From: an uncultured Thermodesulfobacteriota bacterium
GTDB lineage: Bacteria; Desulfobacterota; DSWW01
Assembly (NCBI GenBank): GCA_964479535.1
Contig: CAYZMM010000004.1
Span: 70,459-134,458, forward strand
Length of the DNA: 64,000 nt
Direction: 5' to 3'
The stretch's first letter is position 1; the number at the start of each line of letters is the position of its first letter. Below, piece after piece: positions 55,200 to 64,000 of this stretch. The notes beneath the pieces are model-generated. The model searched no databases. It was given only the letters and a program-made list of their open reading frames with translations, and had not been told where the DNA came from. The translations under genes and the position numbers were made by a program.

Positions 55200-57842
55200 T
55201 CAACCCTCCCCTCCTTCGCCCTCTCCGGGTTCCGCCTCGATCTCCCCTTGTTCTTCGGGCACCAGACCGGCCGCCTCGACCTTCTTCGCCGCCTCCTCCA
55301 TCCTGGCGAGTGCCTCGGCATGCCGCCGCGCCGCCCTGTCGGCAAGCTCCATCACATCCAGGGAGGCCGACTCGATGTCCGAGCCTTCCTCGTGGTCCGC
55401 ACCGGCATCGCCCGCTTCCTTCCACTCCCTCAATTTCTCCTCTGCGTACCCACGGGCCTCGGCCGCTTCCTCTTCCGCCTTCCGGACCTCCCGCTTCGCC
55501 CTGGCAAAGGCATCGAGCGCCGCGGCGATCTCGGCGGACTTCCCCTCCTCCGGTTCTGCATCCAGGGGGATGTCTTCTGCGGCCAGCCCGATGGCGGTCA
55601 CCGGCAGGGGAGCGAGAAGATCTTCGATCCGCCCGCCAAAGGGTCCGACCAGGCGGTTTCCGCTCAGACGGAAGGGCAGGAAGACGAGGGCGGCATTTCC
55701 CGAATGCTCCGCCACGGCCTCCAGGGTCGTGCCGACCACGACCTCCGGTTCCGCCGTGATCCTGAACTCCTCGAGGGTCTTGCGCAGATCCTCGACCGTG
55801 GATTCATATTGCGCGTCCGTCTCCACGGACCCCTCCCCAGCCCCATCGGTTTCGGCACCCTCCTCGGCACCCGATTCGGCAGCCAGGACACGGAGCCTTG
55901 CACCGCTCCATTCCGGACACTTCGTCATGAGATAGGCAAGAAGGAGCATCAGCCGGGAGGTCCGGTCTTTCCACCACCACACATCGATCCGTCGCTTGTC
56001 CGGGGGGAGTTCCGCCAGGGATGCCCAGGCGTCTTCCTTTGCGTTCAGGATGAGAATGTTGCAGCCCAGCCGGAAGAGGGCCCGCAGGTTGCGTCCATAG
56101 ATCTCCGTGCTCTGGGGCTGCGCCTCTCCGGGAAGCTGCTCGAGCCAGTTGAGAAGGATCGTATTCGCACGAATCGGACCGATCCCGTAAGCTTGAACCA
56201 GCGTACTCGCCCCCACGCTCAGATTCGGAGCGGCCACGGCAAGCGAAAAGGCGCCGGGATGAAATCGTGCCAGGTCCTTGCGAAGCTCCGCCTCCACCTC
56301 CTGCCGGCGCTTCATCATCTTCACCCCCTCTCCCTCCAGGATCTTGACCAGTGTGGTCAGCCCGCTCGGGCCTTCGAGCCAGGAGGCGAACCGAAGAAGG
56401 GGCGCCCGCCGTTCCGGATTCTCCGAAAAGACGAGCAGCTCCGGACGCCAGTCCCTCGGATGCTCCTGCTCCCTGGCCGCGCCGAGGAGGTGCTCCCGAA
56501 CCCGCTGAAGATGGTACGACCGTCGGCTGTCGGCCCAGCGTGCAGGTCCTGCCGTGCGCTTGAGGTACTGGTAGATGGAGAAGAGGACGGCGATGGCGAC
56601 CAGCCCCGCCGCCACGTCGATGGCGAGCATGGCCCCGAGGCAGGCGACCCCGCCCAGGAGGCTGAGCCTCGCGTCGAACCAGCGGAATCGGGGGCGAAAG
56701 GAGGGGCTCGCCGCCCTGGCCTCGTAGAAGGTCGCGTAGTTGAGGAGACCGTAGGAGATGAGGAAGAACATGGAGACCACGGGCGCGATCAGGTTCAGCT
56801 TCCCGAGGGCGATCGTTGCGAAGGCGATCCCGCAGGAGAGCAGCACCCCCCGCCGCGGGTTTCCCGCGGCTCCGGCCCCCTTGGCAAAGGGCAGCAGGAA
56901 GGGAAAGATGCGATCCTGCGCGAGGGACTGGAGGATTCGCGGCGCGCCCAGGAAAGAGGCCATGCCGGAGGACAAGGTCGCTGCGATCACCCCCGCGTCG
57001 ATAACGAAACCGATGCTCGCCAACCGCTTCATGGCCGTGTAGTCCCGGCTGAGCACCTCCCGGGGCAGCCCCCCGGCGAAGAGGAGGGCGACGATGAGAT
57101 AGACGAGGGCCGAAAGCCCGACCGCGAGAAAGGTGCCGAGGGGCAGGCTCTTGCCCGGGTCTTTCAGGTCGCCGGACATGCTGACGCCCTGCGTGAATCC
57201 CGTAACGGCGGGGAAGAAGATGGCGAAGAGCACCCAGAAGGGAGGCCCGGACTCGGGCGCGCTCCAGTTGCTCACCAGCAGGCCGGAGTCCCAGCGGGTG
57301 AAACCACCGACGAAAACGGAGACGAGGGCAAGCACCAGGATCGTCATGACCGCGTACTGAAACCTCGTGGCCCAGTCCGCGCCCAGCCACGCAAAGACGA
57401 AGAGCAGGGAGGCGGCGAGAGCCGCAATGATTTGAGGAACGTACCTGCCCGAGAAGGGAAGTACGTCGGTCAGGGCCTCGCCGAAACCGATGCAGTAGAA
57501 GGCGATCGACACCGATTGGGCCAGAAAGAGCACGATACCGATGGCCCCTCCGAACTCGAGCCCCAGGGTGCGGGAGATGAGGTAGTAATCTCCCCCCCCC
57601 TTGACCTTCAGGTTCGTGGTGATGGCCGAAAGGGAAACGCTGGTCAGGACCGAAATCGCATTCGCCAGGCCGATCATGATCAAGGCGCGGCCCAGGCCCG
57701 CGTTGCCCACCACGTACCCGAGCCGGAGGAACAGGATGATCCCGAGGATCGTCAGGATGCTCGGCGTGAAGACCCCGGCGAAGGTCCCCAGCTTGCCCTC
57801 CTGCGACCCGGACCCCGCCTTCTGGCTCGTACCTTCCACCAT
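55200..57842 (-). CDS. cation-chloride cotransporter (SLC12/CCC, APC superfamily) with a large cytoplasmic C-terminal domain
   Basis: GTFAGVFTPSILTILGIILFLRLGYVVG...GGDYYLISRTLGLEFGGAIG is near-identical in pattern to NKCC/KCC TM1-TM3. The protein is 880 aa. Confidence 0.7.
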   Translation of the reverse strand: MVEGTSQKAGSGSQEGKLGTFAGVFTPSILTILGIILFLRLGYVVGNAGLGRALIMIGLANAISVLTSVSLSAITTNLKVKGGGDYYLISRTLGLEFGGAIGIVLFLAQSVSIAFYCIGFGEALTDVLPFSGRYVPQIIAALAASLLFVFAWLGADWATRFQYAVMTILVLALVSVFVGGFTRWDSGLLVSNWSAPESGPPFWVLFAIFFPAVTGFTQGVSMSGDLKDPGKSLPLGTFLAVGLSALVYLIVALLFAGGLPREVLSRDYTAMKRLASIGFVIDAGVIAATLSSGMASFLGAPRILQSLAQDRIFPFLLPFAKGAGAAGNPRRGVLLSCGIAFATIALGKLNLIAPVVSMFFLISYGLLNYATFYEARAASPSFRPRFRWFDARLSLLGGVACLGAMLAIDVAAGLVAIAVLFSIYQYLKRTAGPARWADSRRSYHLQRVREHLLGAAREQEHPRDWRPELLVFSENPERRAPLLRFASWLEGPSGLTTLVKILEGEGVKMMKRRQEVEAELRKDLARFHPGAFSLAVAAPNLSVGASTLVQAYGIGPIRANTILLNWLEQLPGEAQPQSTEIYGRNLRALFRLGCNILILNAKEDAWASLAELPPDKRRIDVWWWKDRTSRLMLLLAYLMTKCPEWSGARLRVLAAESGAEEGAETDGAGEGSVETDAQYESTVEDLRKTLEEFRITAEPEVVVGTTLEAVAEHSGNAALVFLPFRLSGNRLVGPFGGRIEDLLAPLPVTAIGLAAEDIPLDAEPEEGKSAEIAAALDAFARAKREVRKAEEEAAEARGYAEEKLREWKEAGDAGADHEEGSDIESASLDVMELADRAARRHAEALARMEEAAKKVEAAGLVPEEQGEIEAEPGEGEGGEG

Positions 57843-57852
57843 CCCTCTTTCC

Positions 57853-59142
57853 TCACTGCATGTAGAAACGCAACTCGATGAAGAAGGTGAACGGGTAGGT
57901 CCCGTATTCGCTGTTCAACCGAAAATCCGACAGGGCGAGCCCTCCCGGCGCGAGAACGAAGGTGGGCGCTTCCCCCACGGGGATCGTGCATCCGGCCGTG
58001 GCCACGGCGTTGTCCGCGACCGAGTATTCGAGAACCGGGTTCAGGGTTGCGGACGGGTCGGTCAGGTTCACGAGCACGTTGAGCATCCCCATCAGGATCG
58101 GGAAGATCTCGTAGCTTGCCCCAAGGCCCAGGTTGTGGCGGCCGAGCAAGAGGGTCCCCCGCGAAAGAAGCCGGTCGTCGATCAGGGACTGGTTCAGGTC
58201 TTCCACATTCACGGCGCCCGCACCGTAGTAATAATACTCTCCCAGCAGGTAGGGGCCCTTGCCCGGAAAACGGTAGTCCAACCCGACGAGGACATCCACA
58301 TAGTCGGAGCTGTCCTTCACGTGGTTGAACAGGATCTCGCCGTGAATCCCGATCCCTGAACGCCCGAGATCTCCGGCAAAGTCGCCGCCTCCGACGATGT
58401 CGGTCTGCACCCAGCCACCGAGGACGGAGATGTCGTAGTCCTCGAACAGGGTCTTGAACTTCCCGACCCCGGCGGACCGGTCCGGGTCCGCATCCGGCCC
58501 GAAGGCCCACACGAACTCCGCCTGCGTGAAGGCGCCCAGTGCGAAAAGGAGCCGTGCCGCGTCGTTTCCCGCCTTGAACTCCCGGTCCACCTGAAGCGGA
58601 CCGAAGGGGCTGAACAGGTCGACGGGCTGCCAGAACCGGCCGGTGCCCCACGTGATCGCCTGGCGGCCGAAGACGAAGTCGAGTCCCCACAGGGAAAAGG
58701 TGGCGGCGAGCCGGTCGAACGCGTGGGCCCACAGGAAGTCCTCGGTCTCTTCGATGTCCCAGGAGAGCGAAGTGTATCGGTAGAGGCTCCCGGTGTCGGT
58801 CACCGTGACGAACCCGGTCAGGCCCAGGGCCGTTTCCGGCGGGTTGATGAAGGCGAAGTGCTGATAGTGGACCTCGAGGGCAAGTCTTTCGTAGAGGCCC
58901 AGGTCCAGCATCATCCGGCCGCGGGCGAAGTTCGCGGCCTGGGTGCGATCCTCCACGAAGGGAATCTCATAGTAGCGGTTGCCCAGGAAGAGGTTCTTGA
59001 AGGTGGCTCCGAGATCCAGGAAGAGGGTGTCCGATTCGTAGAGCTGCCTGGCTTCGGACTCGGGGGGCAAGAGGAGAGCAAGGCTCCCGAGAAAGATCAG
59101 GAGCGGGAAGCGACCCCGGCTGAATCGGAAGACCCGCCTCAC
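57853..59142 (-). CDS. putative outer-membrane beta-barrel protein (signal peptide; C-terminal aromatic-rich strand)
   Basis: A signal peptide, alternating hydrophobic beta-strand pattern and C-terminal ...FIELRFYMQ. Confidence 0.4.
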   Translation of the reverse strand: MRRVFRFSRGRFPLLIFLGSLALLLPPESEARQLYESDTLFLDLGATFKNLFLGNRYYEIPFVEDRTQAANFARGRMMLDLGLYERLALEVHYQHFAFINPPETALGLTGFVTVTDTGSLYRYTSLSWDIEETEDFLWAHAFDRLAATFSLWGLDFVFGRQAITWGTGRFWQPVDLFSPFGPLQVDREFKAGNDAARLLFALGAFTQAEFVWAFGPDADPDRSAGVGKFKTLFEDYDISVLGGWVQTDIVGGGDFAGDLGRSGIGIHGEILFNHVKDSSDYVDVLVGLDYRFPGKGPYLLGEYYYYGAGAVNVEDLNQSLIDDRLLSRGTLLLGRHNLGLGASYEIFPILMGMLNVLVNLTDPSATLNPVLEYSVADNAVATAGCTIPVGEAPTFVLAPGGLALSDFRLNSEYGTYPFTFFIELRFYMQ

Positions 59143-59870
59143 GGTGCCCCCTCTCTTCTCTCCTCTTCCTTCTCCCCCGAGACGGCTGAGGCCGTGTCCT
59201 CCAGGACTTCGCCGTCCCGAAGCCGGATCGTCCTCGTGGCGCGCTCCATGACCAGAGTATCGTGGGTCGAGAAGAGGAAGGTGGTCCCCTCCTGTCGGTT
59301 CAGCTCCCGCATGAGGTCGAGCAGGGATGCGGCCGTCCTGGAGTCCAGGTTCGCGGTCGGCTCGTCGGCCAGGACGATCCTCGGCCCCGAGGCGATCGCC
59401 CTTGCCACGGCCACCCGCTGCTGCTGTCCGCCGCTCAGCTCGTACGGCCTTCGGTGTTCCATTCCCTCCAGGCCGACATCCTTGAGAAGCCGCAGAACGC
59501 GGGTCCTTCGCTCCTTCTCGTCGACGCCCTGGAGGAGAAGAATGAACTCGGTATTTTCATAAGCGGACAAAACGGGAATCAGGTTGTATGCCTGGAACAC
59601 GAATCCGATGTGATGGAGCCTGAAGCGGCTCAGCTCCCCCGGCCCGAGGCCGCTCACTTCGGTCCCGTCGAGCCAGATGCTGCCGCGGTCCGGGCTGTCC
59701 AGTCCGCCCAGCAGGTTGAGCAGGGTCGTCTTCCCCGAACCGGAGGGACCCACCAGGGCGGTGAACTCCCCCTGCTCGATGGCGAGCGATACGCCTTTCA
59801 GGGCCTCCACCGCGACTGCGCCTTGCTGATAGATCCTCCAGACGCCTTCCGTACGGATGATGGTTTCCAT
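59139..59870 (-). CDS. ABC transporter ATP-binding protein (LolD/MacB-type)
   Basis: GPSGSGKTT, LSGGQQQRVAVARA and a Walker B LADEPT motif. A 4-nt overlap with the upstream gene is present. Confidence 0.85.
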   Translation of the reverse strand: METIIRTEGVWRIYQQGAVAVEALKGVSLAIEQGEFTALVGPSGSGKTTLLNLLGGLDSPDRGSIWLDGTEVSGLGPGELSRFRLHHIGFVFQAYNLIPVLSAYENTEFILLLQGVDEKERRTRVLRLLKDVGLEGMEHRRPYELSGGQQQRVAVARAIASGPRIVLADEPTANLDSRTAASLLDLMRELNRQEGTTFLFSTHDTLVMERATRTIRLRDGEVLEDTASAVSGEKEEERREGAP

Positions 59871-59897
59871 GGGGCCTCTCCTGCTCGTTGATCCGCC

Positions 59898-61128
59898 CTA
59901 CTGGAACTTCGTGATGGCACGCACCGGATCCACCCTCGCCGCGCGAACCGCCGGGTAGATCCCCACGGCCAGGGTCACGCTGAAAACGATTCCCACCAGG
60001 ACCAGAACCCGGTCGGGCGCCAGCTCCGAATAGAGCACGGAGTCGAAGACCGCGCCGGCCGCGCTCAACTGCCGGTCGCTGCCGAAGCCCATGTCGAAGC
60101 CGTGCTCGGCGAAATAGAGGTGGGCGCCCAGCCCGAGGACGGCACCGACCCCGAGGGAGACGAGAGACAGGAACATCGTCTCCAGCACGACCAGTACCAG
60201 CAGCCGGCCGGGTGCCATGCCGAGGGCGACCATGAGCCCGAACTCACGGGTCCGCTCCAGCACACTCATCAGGATCGTGTTCAGAATGCCGAGGGCCACC
60301 ACGACCATGATGATGCCCATGAAGATGTAGGTGCCCGCGTTGTCCATCTGCACGAAGAGAACCAGGTCGGGCATGACGTCCTCCCAGTCGAACACGGCCG
60401 CCTTCGATGCCGAGAGCAGGGGCTCGATCTTCTGCTTGATGCAGGCCTGATCTTTCTCCTTCTCCAGGAACACCGCCAGCTGGGTGGCTCCCTCGGATAT
60501 GCCCAGCAAGGCCCGCGCCAGGGGAAGGCTCACCTGGGCGAAGTAGCCGTCCATCTCCTGGATGCCGGTCCGGAAGATCCCGCGGACCCGGACGAGTTGG
60601 CTCGAGATCTGCCCCGAGGCATCCTGGGCGGTCACCACCGCCTTGCCACCCAGCGAGGCCTCGAGCCTGCGGGCCAGGTCCTCGCCGATGAGGACTCCCC
60701 GCTCGTCCTCTTCCCGGAGGTACCGCCCCTCGGTGATCTTCGGCTCGAGGGTTCGGCGGGTCATGTCCGAAGCCGGATCCACGCCCATGATCGCCACGCC
60801 CGCCGAGTTCTCCGCCGTGTAGAGGAGCCCCCTCACGATGATCCGCTCCGAGACGTTCCGGATGCCGGGAAATCCGCGGATTCGGTCCCGCAGTGCGGAG
60901 GCGCCCTGAACGAGCTTGTCGTTCGTCGGCTCGTCCGGGTATTCCTCGTGCTCCACCGTGAGGTTGCCGGAGCCGAGGCGGACGGCGTTCCGGATCAACT
61001 GGTTGTGGAATCCGTCCGCCAGACCGAGGAAGATCAACGCCAGGGCGAAGCCGACCGCGATCATCGTCAGGGTGATGAGCGTACGCCTCCGGTTCTTCCA
61101 GAGGTTGCGCCACGCGAGCTTGAGAAGA
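59898..61128 (-). CDS. ABC transporter permease, FtsX/MacB-like; start codon unresolved (possible ATT after an AGGAGAGG RBS)
   Basis: LLKLAWRNLWKNRRRT is the canonical MacB/LolE N-terminus. No ATG/GTG/TTG lies in frame between it and the upstream stop. Confidence 0.6.
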
Positions 61129-61168
61129 ATGGCACCTCTCCTCTTTCGAGGCTGTCCCGCCAGCCTCC

Positions 61169-62383
61169 TCAGGTTCGCATCACCTCGACCGGCTTGAGCC
61201 GTGCCGCCTTGACCGAAGGGTAGAGCCCTGCCAGGGCGGAGATGATGAGCATGATTCCCATGCACTGCAGCATGCCCGCGGGCCAGAGGGCGGCTCGGAG
61301 CACGTTCTCGATGGCGAACCCCGTGTACTCGAACCCCTCTCCGAACAGACCGGTGAGATCCCACCCCTTCACCTTCAACCGCCAGCTCCAGAGCAGGCCG
61401 AGGCTCAGGCCCAGGATTTCGCTGATGCCGGCGAGCATGAGCGTTTCGAGGAGAATGAGGCGGACCAGCCGCACGGGCTTGAGGCCCACGGCGAGCATCA
61501 GGCCCAGCTCGTACATCCTCTCGAACACGGCCATGAGCATGGTGTTCAGGATGCCGAGGGAGGCAATCGAAAAGACGATCAGGAGCATGATCGTGGTCCA
61601 GGCCTTGTTCAGGGCGAGCGCCTCCCGGAGGGTCGGTGCGATCTCCTTCCAGGTCCGGACTTCGCAGCCTGCCCCCTGAAGGAGCGCGGCGACCTCCGGC
61701 TTGTAGCGTTCCACCTCCACCGCGTTCGGCGTGCGGACCGCCACCTCGTGGATCCGGCCGGGAAGGACGAGCAGTTCCGCAAAGTCCCCGAGGGACATGA
61801 TCACGGCGGTGCGGTCGGTCGTCTCGTCCAGGGTCTTCAGGACACCCACGACCCGGTACAGATCGTTCCCCAGGCTGCCGTCCGCGGCCTGGGTGATCAG
61901 GGCAAGCTCGCTGCCGGGCCGCGCGCTCAGGGTCTCGGCGATCTTCCTGCCCAGGAGGACCGTGTTTTCATCTCCCGGTCGGAGGTAGCGGCCCTTCAGC
62001 ATGTGCTTCCAGAGGTCCGTGACTTCCCGCTCCTGCTGCGGGTCGATCCCACGGATCTGCACCCCTGCGGACTGGTCCCCAAGGCTTGCCAGGCCGTACG
62101 CGTAGGCGCGCGGCGCCGCCTGATAGCGGGTCTCCTCGAACCGGTCGAGAATCGAACGAGGCAGGGTGCCGTGAAGCCCTCTGTCCCTGTAGTAACCCTC
62201 TGCATGGGCCTGCACGTGCCCGAGGGAGCGGTCGGCGGCGTAACCGACCATCTGCCGGTTCATCCCCTCGATCAGGTTCGTGGCGACGATCATCAGGGTC
62301 AGGCTGAAGGTCATGGCGCACAGGGTGATCAGGGATCTGCGCGGGTTCCGCCAGATGTTGCGCCAGGCGATGCGGACCAGCAT
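61169..62383 (-). CDS. ABC transporter permease, FtsX/MacB-like
   Basis: The MLVRIAWRNIWRNPRRS N-terminus and 4-TM topology are present. Confidence 0.75.
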   Translation of the reverse strand: MLVRIAWRNIWRNPRRSLITLCAMTFSLTLMIVATNLIEGMNRQMVGYAADRSLGHVQAHAEGYYRDRGLHGTLPRSILDRFEETRYQAAPRAYAYGLASLGDQSAGVQIRGIDPQQEREVTDLWKHMLKGRYLRPGDENTVLLGRKIAETLSARPGSELALITQAADGSLGNDLYRVVGVLKTLDETTDRTAVIMSLGDFAELLVLPGRIHEVAVRTPNAVEVERYKPEVAALLQGAGCEVRTWKEIAPTLREALALNKAWTTIMLLIVFSIASLGILNTMLMAVFERMYELGLMLAVGLKPVRLVRLILLETLMLAGISEILGLSLGLLWSWRLKVKGWDLTGLFGEGFEYTGFAIENVLRAALWPAGMLQCMGIMLIISALAGLYPSVKAARLKPVEVMRT

Positions 62384-62413
62384 CCTGTCGTATCCCCTTG
62401 CGGGTTTGCACCC

Positions 62414-63226
62414 CTAACGCGTCTTTCGCAGGGAGCGAAGACCGAACAGATCCGATTTCAGATCCACGTCGAAGTCGATGTCCAGGTACTTCACACGGGT
62501 GTATTCCTTCGGCTTGTCCAGGGGCTGCATCTTGAGGACCGTCGGAAGGGTCCGGTCGTCCATCTCACGGATCTCGCTGAAGCCGAGTTCGCGAACCGCT
62601 TCCCCGTCCTCGTCGAAATAGGTCATCTTCAGAGGGATGTAGTCCTCGGCCCGGACGATGGAGAGGATCTTGCCCCAGACCACGGGGGCCTCCGGCTTCG
62701 GCAGGAGCGTGAGTTCGATGATCTTGCGGCCCTTCCGCTCTCCCTCGAAGGTGATCCGGGTATCGTAGTCCCTGGCGAACTGGCTGTCCTTGACCAGGTC
62801 GTCGTTCGTGAAGTGGCTTCCCATCCAGGAGCCGAGCATCATGGAGGCCGGCACCTTGGTGACCCGCTTGATCTTCGGAAGGTAGTTCCAGATGTTGTCT
62901 TCCACCTTGAGGGTGGCCACGCCCTCCTCTTTGGCCGGGTAGGTGATCCGCACCAGGGAACGCTCCAAACCCTTCGTGTAGACCTTCATCCGGAGCGTAC
63001 GGCTCCAGTGCTCGGTGACCACCTCCATCTCCATCTTCCCTTCGGAAGTGGATCCGCGCCACAACCGATCCACCTTGTCGAGGATCTCCTGGACGAGCGC
63101 CTCTTCCGACTCGCCCCGGGAAGGAGCGGCTTCGTCGGTCACGGCCAGGGCCATGCCCGCCCCCAGAACGAGACAGCCCACAAGCCAGCCCTGCGTCCAG
63201 ACGGCCCTTCGAGCCCGGAACTTCAT
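62414..63226 (-). CDS. LolA-like outer-membrane lipoprotein-sorting / periplasmic carrier protein
   Basis: It has a signal peptide, is about 270 aa, and lies head of the two-permease/ATPase operon. Confidence 0.45.
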   Translation of the reverse strand: MKFRARRAVWTQGWLVGCLVLGAGMALAVTDEAAPSRGESEEALVQEILDKVDRLWRGSTSEGKMEMEVVTEHWSRTLRMKVYTKGLERSLVRITYPAKEEGVATLKVEDNIWNYLPKIKRVTKVPASMMLGSWMGSHFTNDDLVKDSQFARDYDTRITFEGERKGRKIIELTLLPKPEAPVVWGKILSIVRAEDYIPLKMTYFDEDGEAVRELGFSEIREMDDRTLPTVLKMQPLDKPKEYTRVKYLDIDFDVDLKSDLFGLRSLRKTR

Positions 63227-63390
63227 CCGTTTCTCCGTGAAAGAAACCCTCGCTCTTCTTCCGGCTCATTCCATGAAAGGGGCACCCGTTCCCGTCCTAC
63301 GGAAGGGAACTTGAAGCCATAGAACTTATCAGGCTATAATGAAATAAACAACCTTTTTATTGCCCATCCATTGCCCTGGGAGGCCCGGCC

Positions 63391-64000
63391 ATGAAAAGAT
63401 GCCTCGCGACCTTCTTCGTCTGTGCGGGAATGGCGGTGTTTTCCATCAACCCCGCAGGCGCCGTCACGATGGACGAGTACGGGGACCTCTTCGACGCCGT
63501 GCTGAACAACATGCTGGACAACTATGCGTGGGAGCTCGACGATCAGGGCAACCCGATCGTCGGGAACTGGGATGCGGACGAGATGTACGATTCCACCCTG
63601 TTCGCTCCGGACATCCTCTACCGCCTGTCCAGGGATCCGGACTACGGGGACGAGGCGGCCCGGGCGCGTGTCCGCCTCCTGGCGAATCAGACCGTGGAGT
63701 ACGAGATGGAAAAGCTCGGCCAGTATCTCCTCGGCGACGACTCGGTCATGCTGGAGGCCTTTGCCGGGGCGCCCTGCCTGATCGACGCGTACCGGGAGAC
63801 CCGGTCGAGCGGCCACAACCTGACGCTGACCGCCGCGCTCACGATCGTCGAGGGAATGATCGCAGAGGAACCGAACTTCCTGGGCGACTACATGGGCTAT
63901 GTGTGCGCCAACGGCCTCGTTGGCTTCTATGCCCTCTATTTCGCAGACGTGCAGGGCCGCATGACCGGCTATCTCGCCAAGGACATCGGGCTCCGGGTGC
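63391..64000 (+). CDS. secreted hypothetical protein, 3'-partial (runs off the window end)
   Basis: An ATG at 63391 with a signal peptide (MKRCLATFFVCAGMAVFSINPAGA). The frame is open to nt 64000. Confidence 0.45.
   Translation, partial: MKRCLATFFVCAGMAVFSINPAGAVTMDEYGDLFDAVLNNMLDNYAWELDDQGNPIVGNWDADEMYDSTLFAPDILYRLSRDPDYGDEAARARVRLLANQTVEYEMEKLGQYLLGDDSVMLEAFAGAPCLIDAYRETRSSGHNLTLTAALTIVEGMIAEEPNFLGDYMGYVCANGLVGFYALYFADVQGRMTGYLAKDIGLRV

Noticed and set aside
1-64000. CRISPR arrays, tRNA/rRNA genes, integrase/transposase or IS termini as island markers.
   Set aside because: No short direct repeats with unique spacers were seen. No cloverleaf-like or rRNA-like segments were seen. No ORF had recombinase or transposase motifs. 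The island boundaries are marked instead by the broken acyl-CoA ligase and by promoter-module repeats.

Overview
This is a high-GC (about 65%) bacterial chromosomal segment. The gene content suggests an anaerobic, deltaproteobacterium-like organism, but that is inference only.

Positions 1-18.5 kb hold ordinary metabolic and housekeeping genes. These are a URO-D-family protein, an MFS transporter, a thiolase-DUF35 fusion, and an operon of PdaD, an Fe-S/DUF3786 protein, IorA, IorB, PaaK and an ACT-domain protein. After these come a class I/II aminotransferase and a PhoU-like protein. The block ends with a NosL-centred membrane/ABC cluster, a MaoC/hotdog dehydratase pair and the tail of a disrupted acyl-CoA ligase.

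Positions 19.2-37.4 kb form an accessory island on the minus strand. It has four paralogous genes with the architecture double Zn-ribbon, class III nucleotidyl cyclase (CHD), AAA/STAND NTPase and TPR. One copy is intact, one is 5'-truncated, one carries an amber stop plus an in-frame deletion, and one has lost its NTPase domain and start codon. HicAB and Phd-VapC toxin-antitoxin modules and further remnants are interleaved with these copies. Between copies 3 and 4 lie a sigma54-promoted MMPL/RND exporter fused to a cyclic-nucleotide-binding domain and an MBL-fold hydrolase. A duplicated divergent promoter module carrying a near-consensus sigma54 -24/-12 element flanks the island.

Positions 37.4-64 kb carry an intact acyl-CoA ligase, a lower-GC multi-PAS hybrid histidine kinase and a K+ channel. 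Next are a methyltransferase, a molybdopterin oxidoreductase, a double-hotdog thioesterase and secreted hydrolases (a PAE-like esterase and an S8 peptidase). A GluR0-like ligand-gated K+ channel follows. The final genes are a CbpA-type DnaJ with GrpE, an SLC12-like cation-chloride cotransporter and a MacB/LolA-like export cluster.

No rRNA, tRNA, CRISPR array or transposase was recognised. All calls rest on reading the translated ORFs and the DNA; no searches were run.
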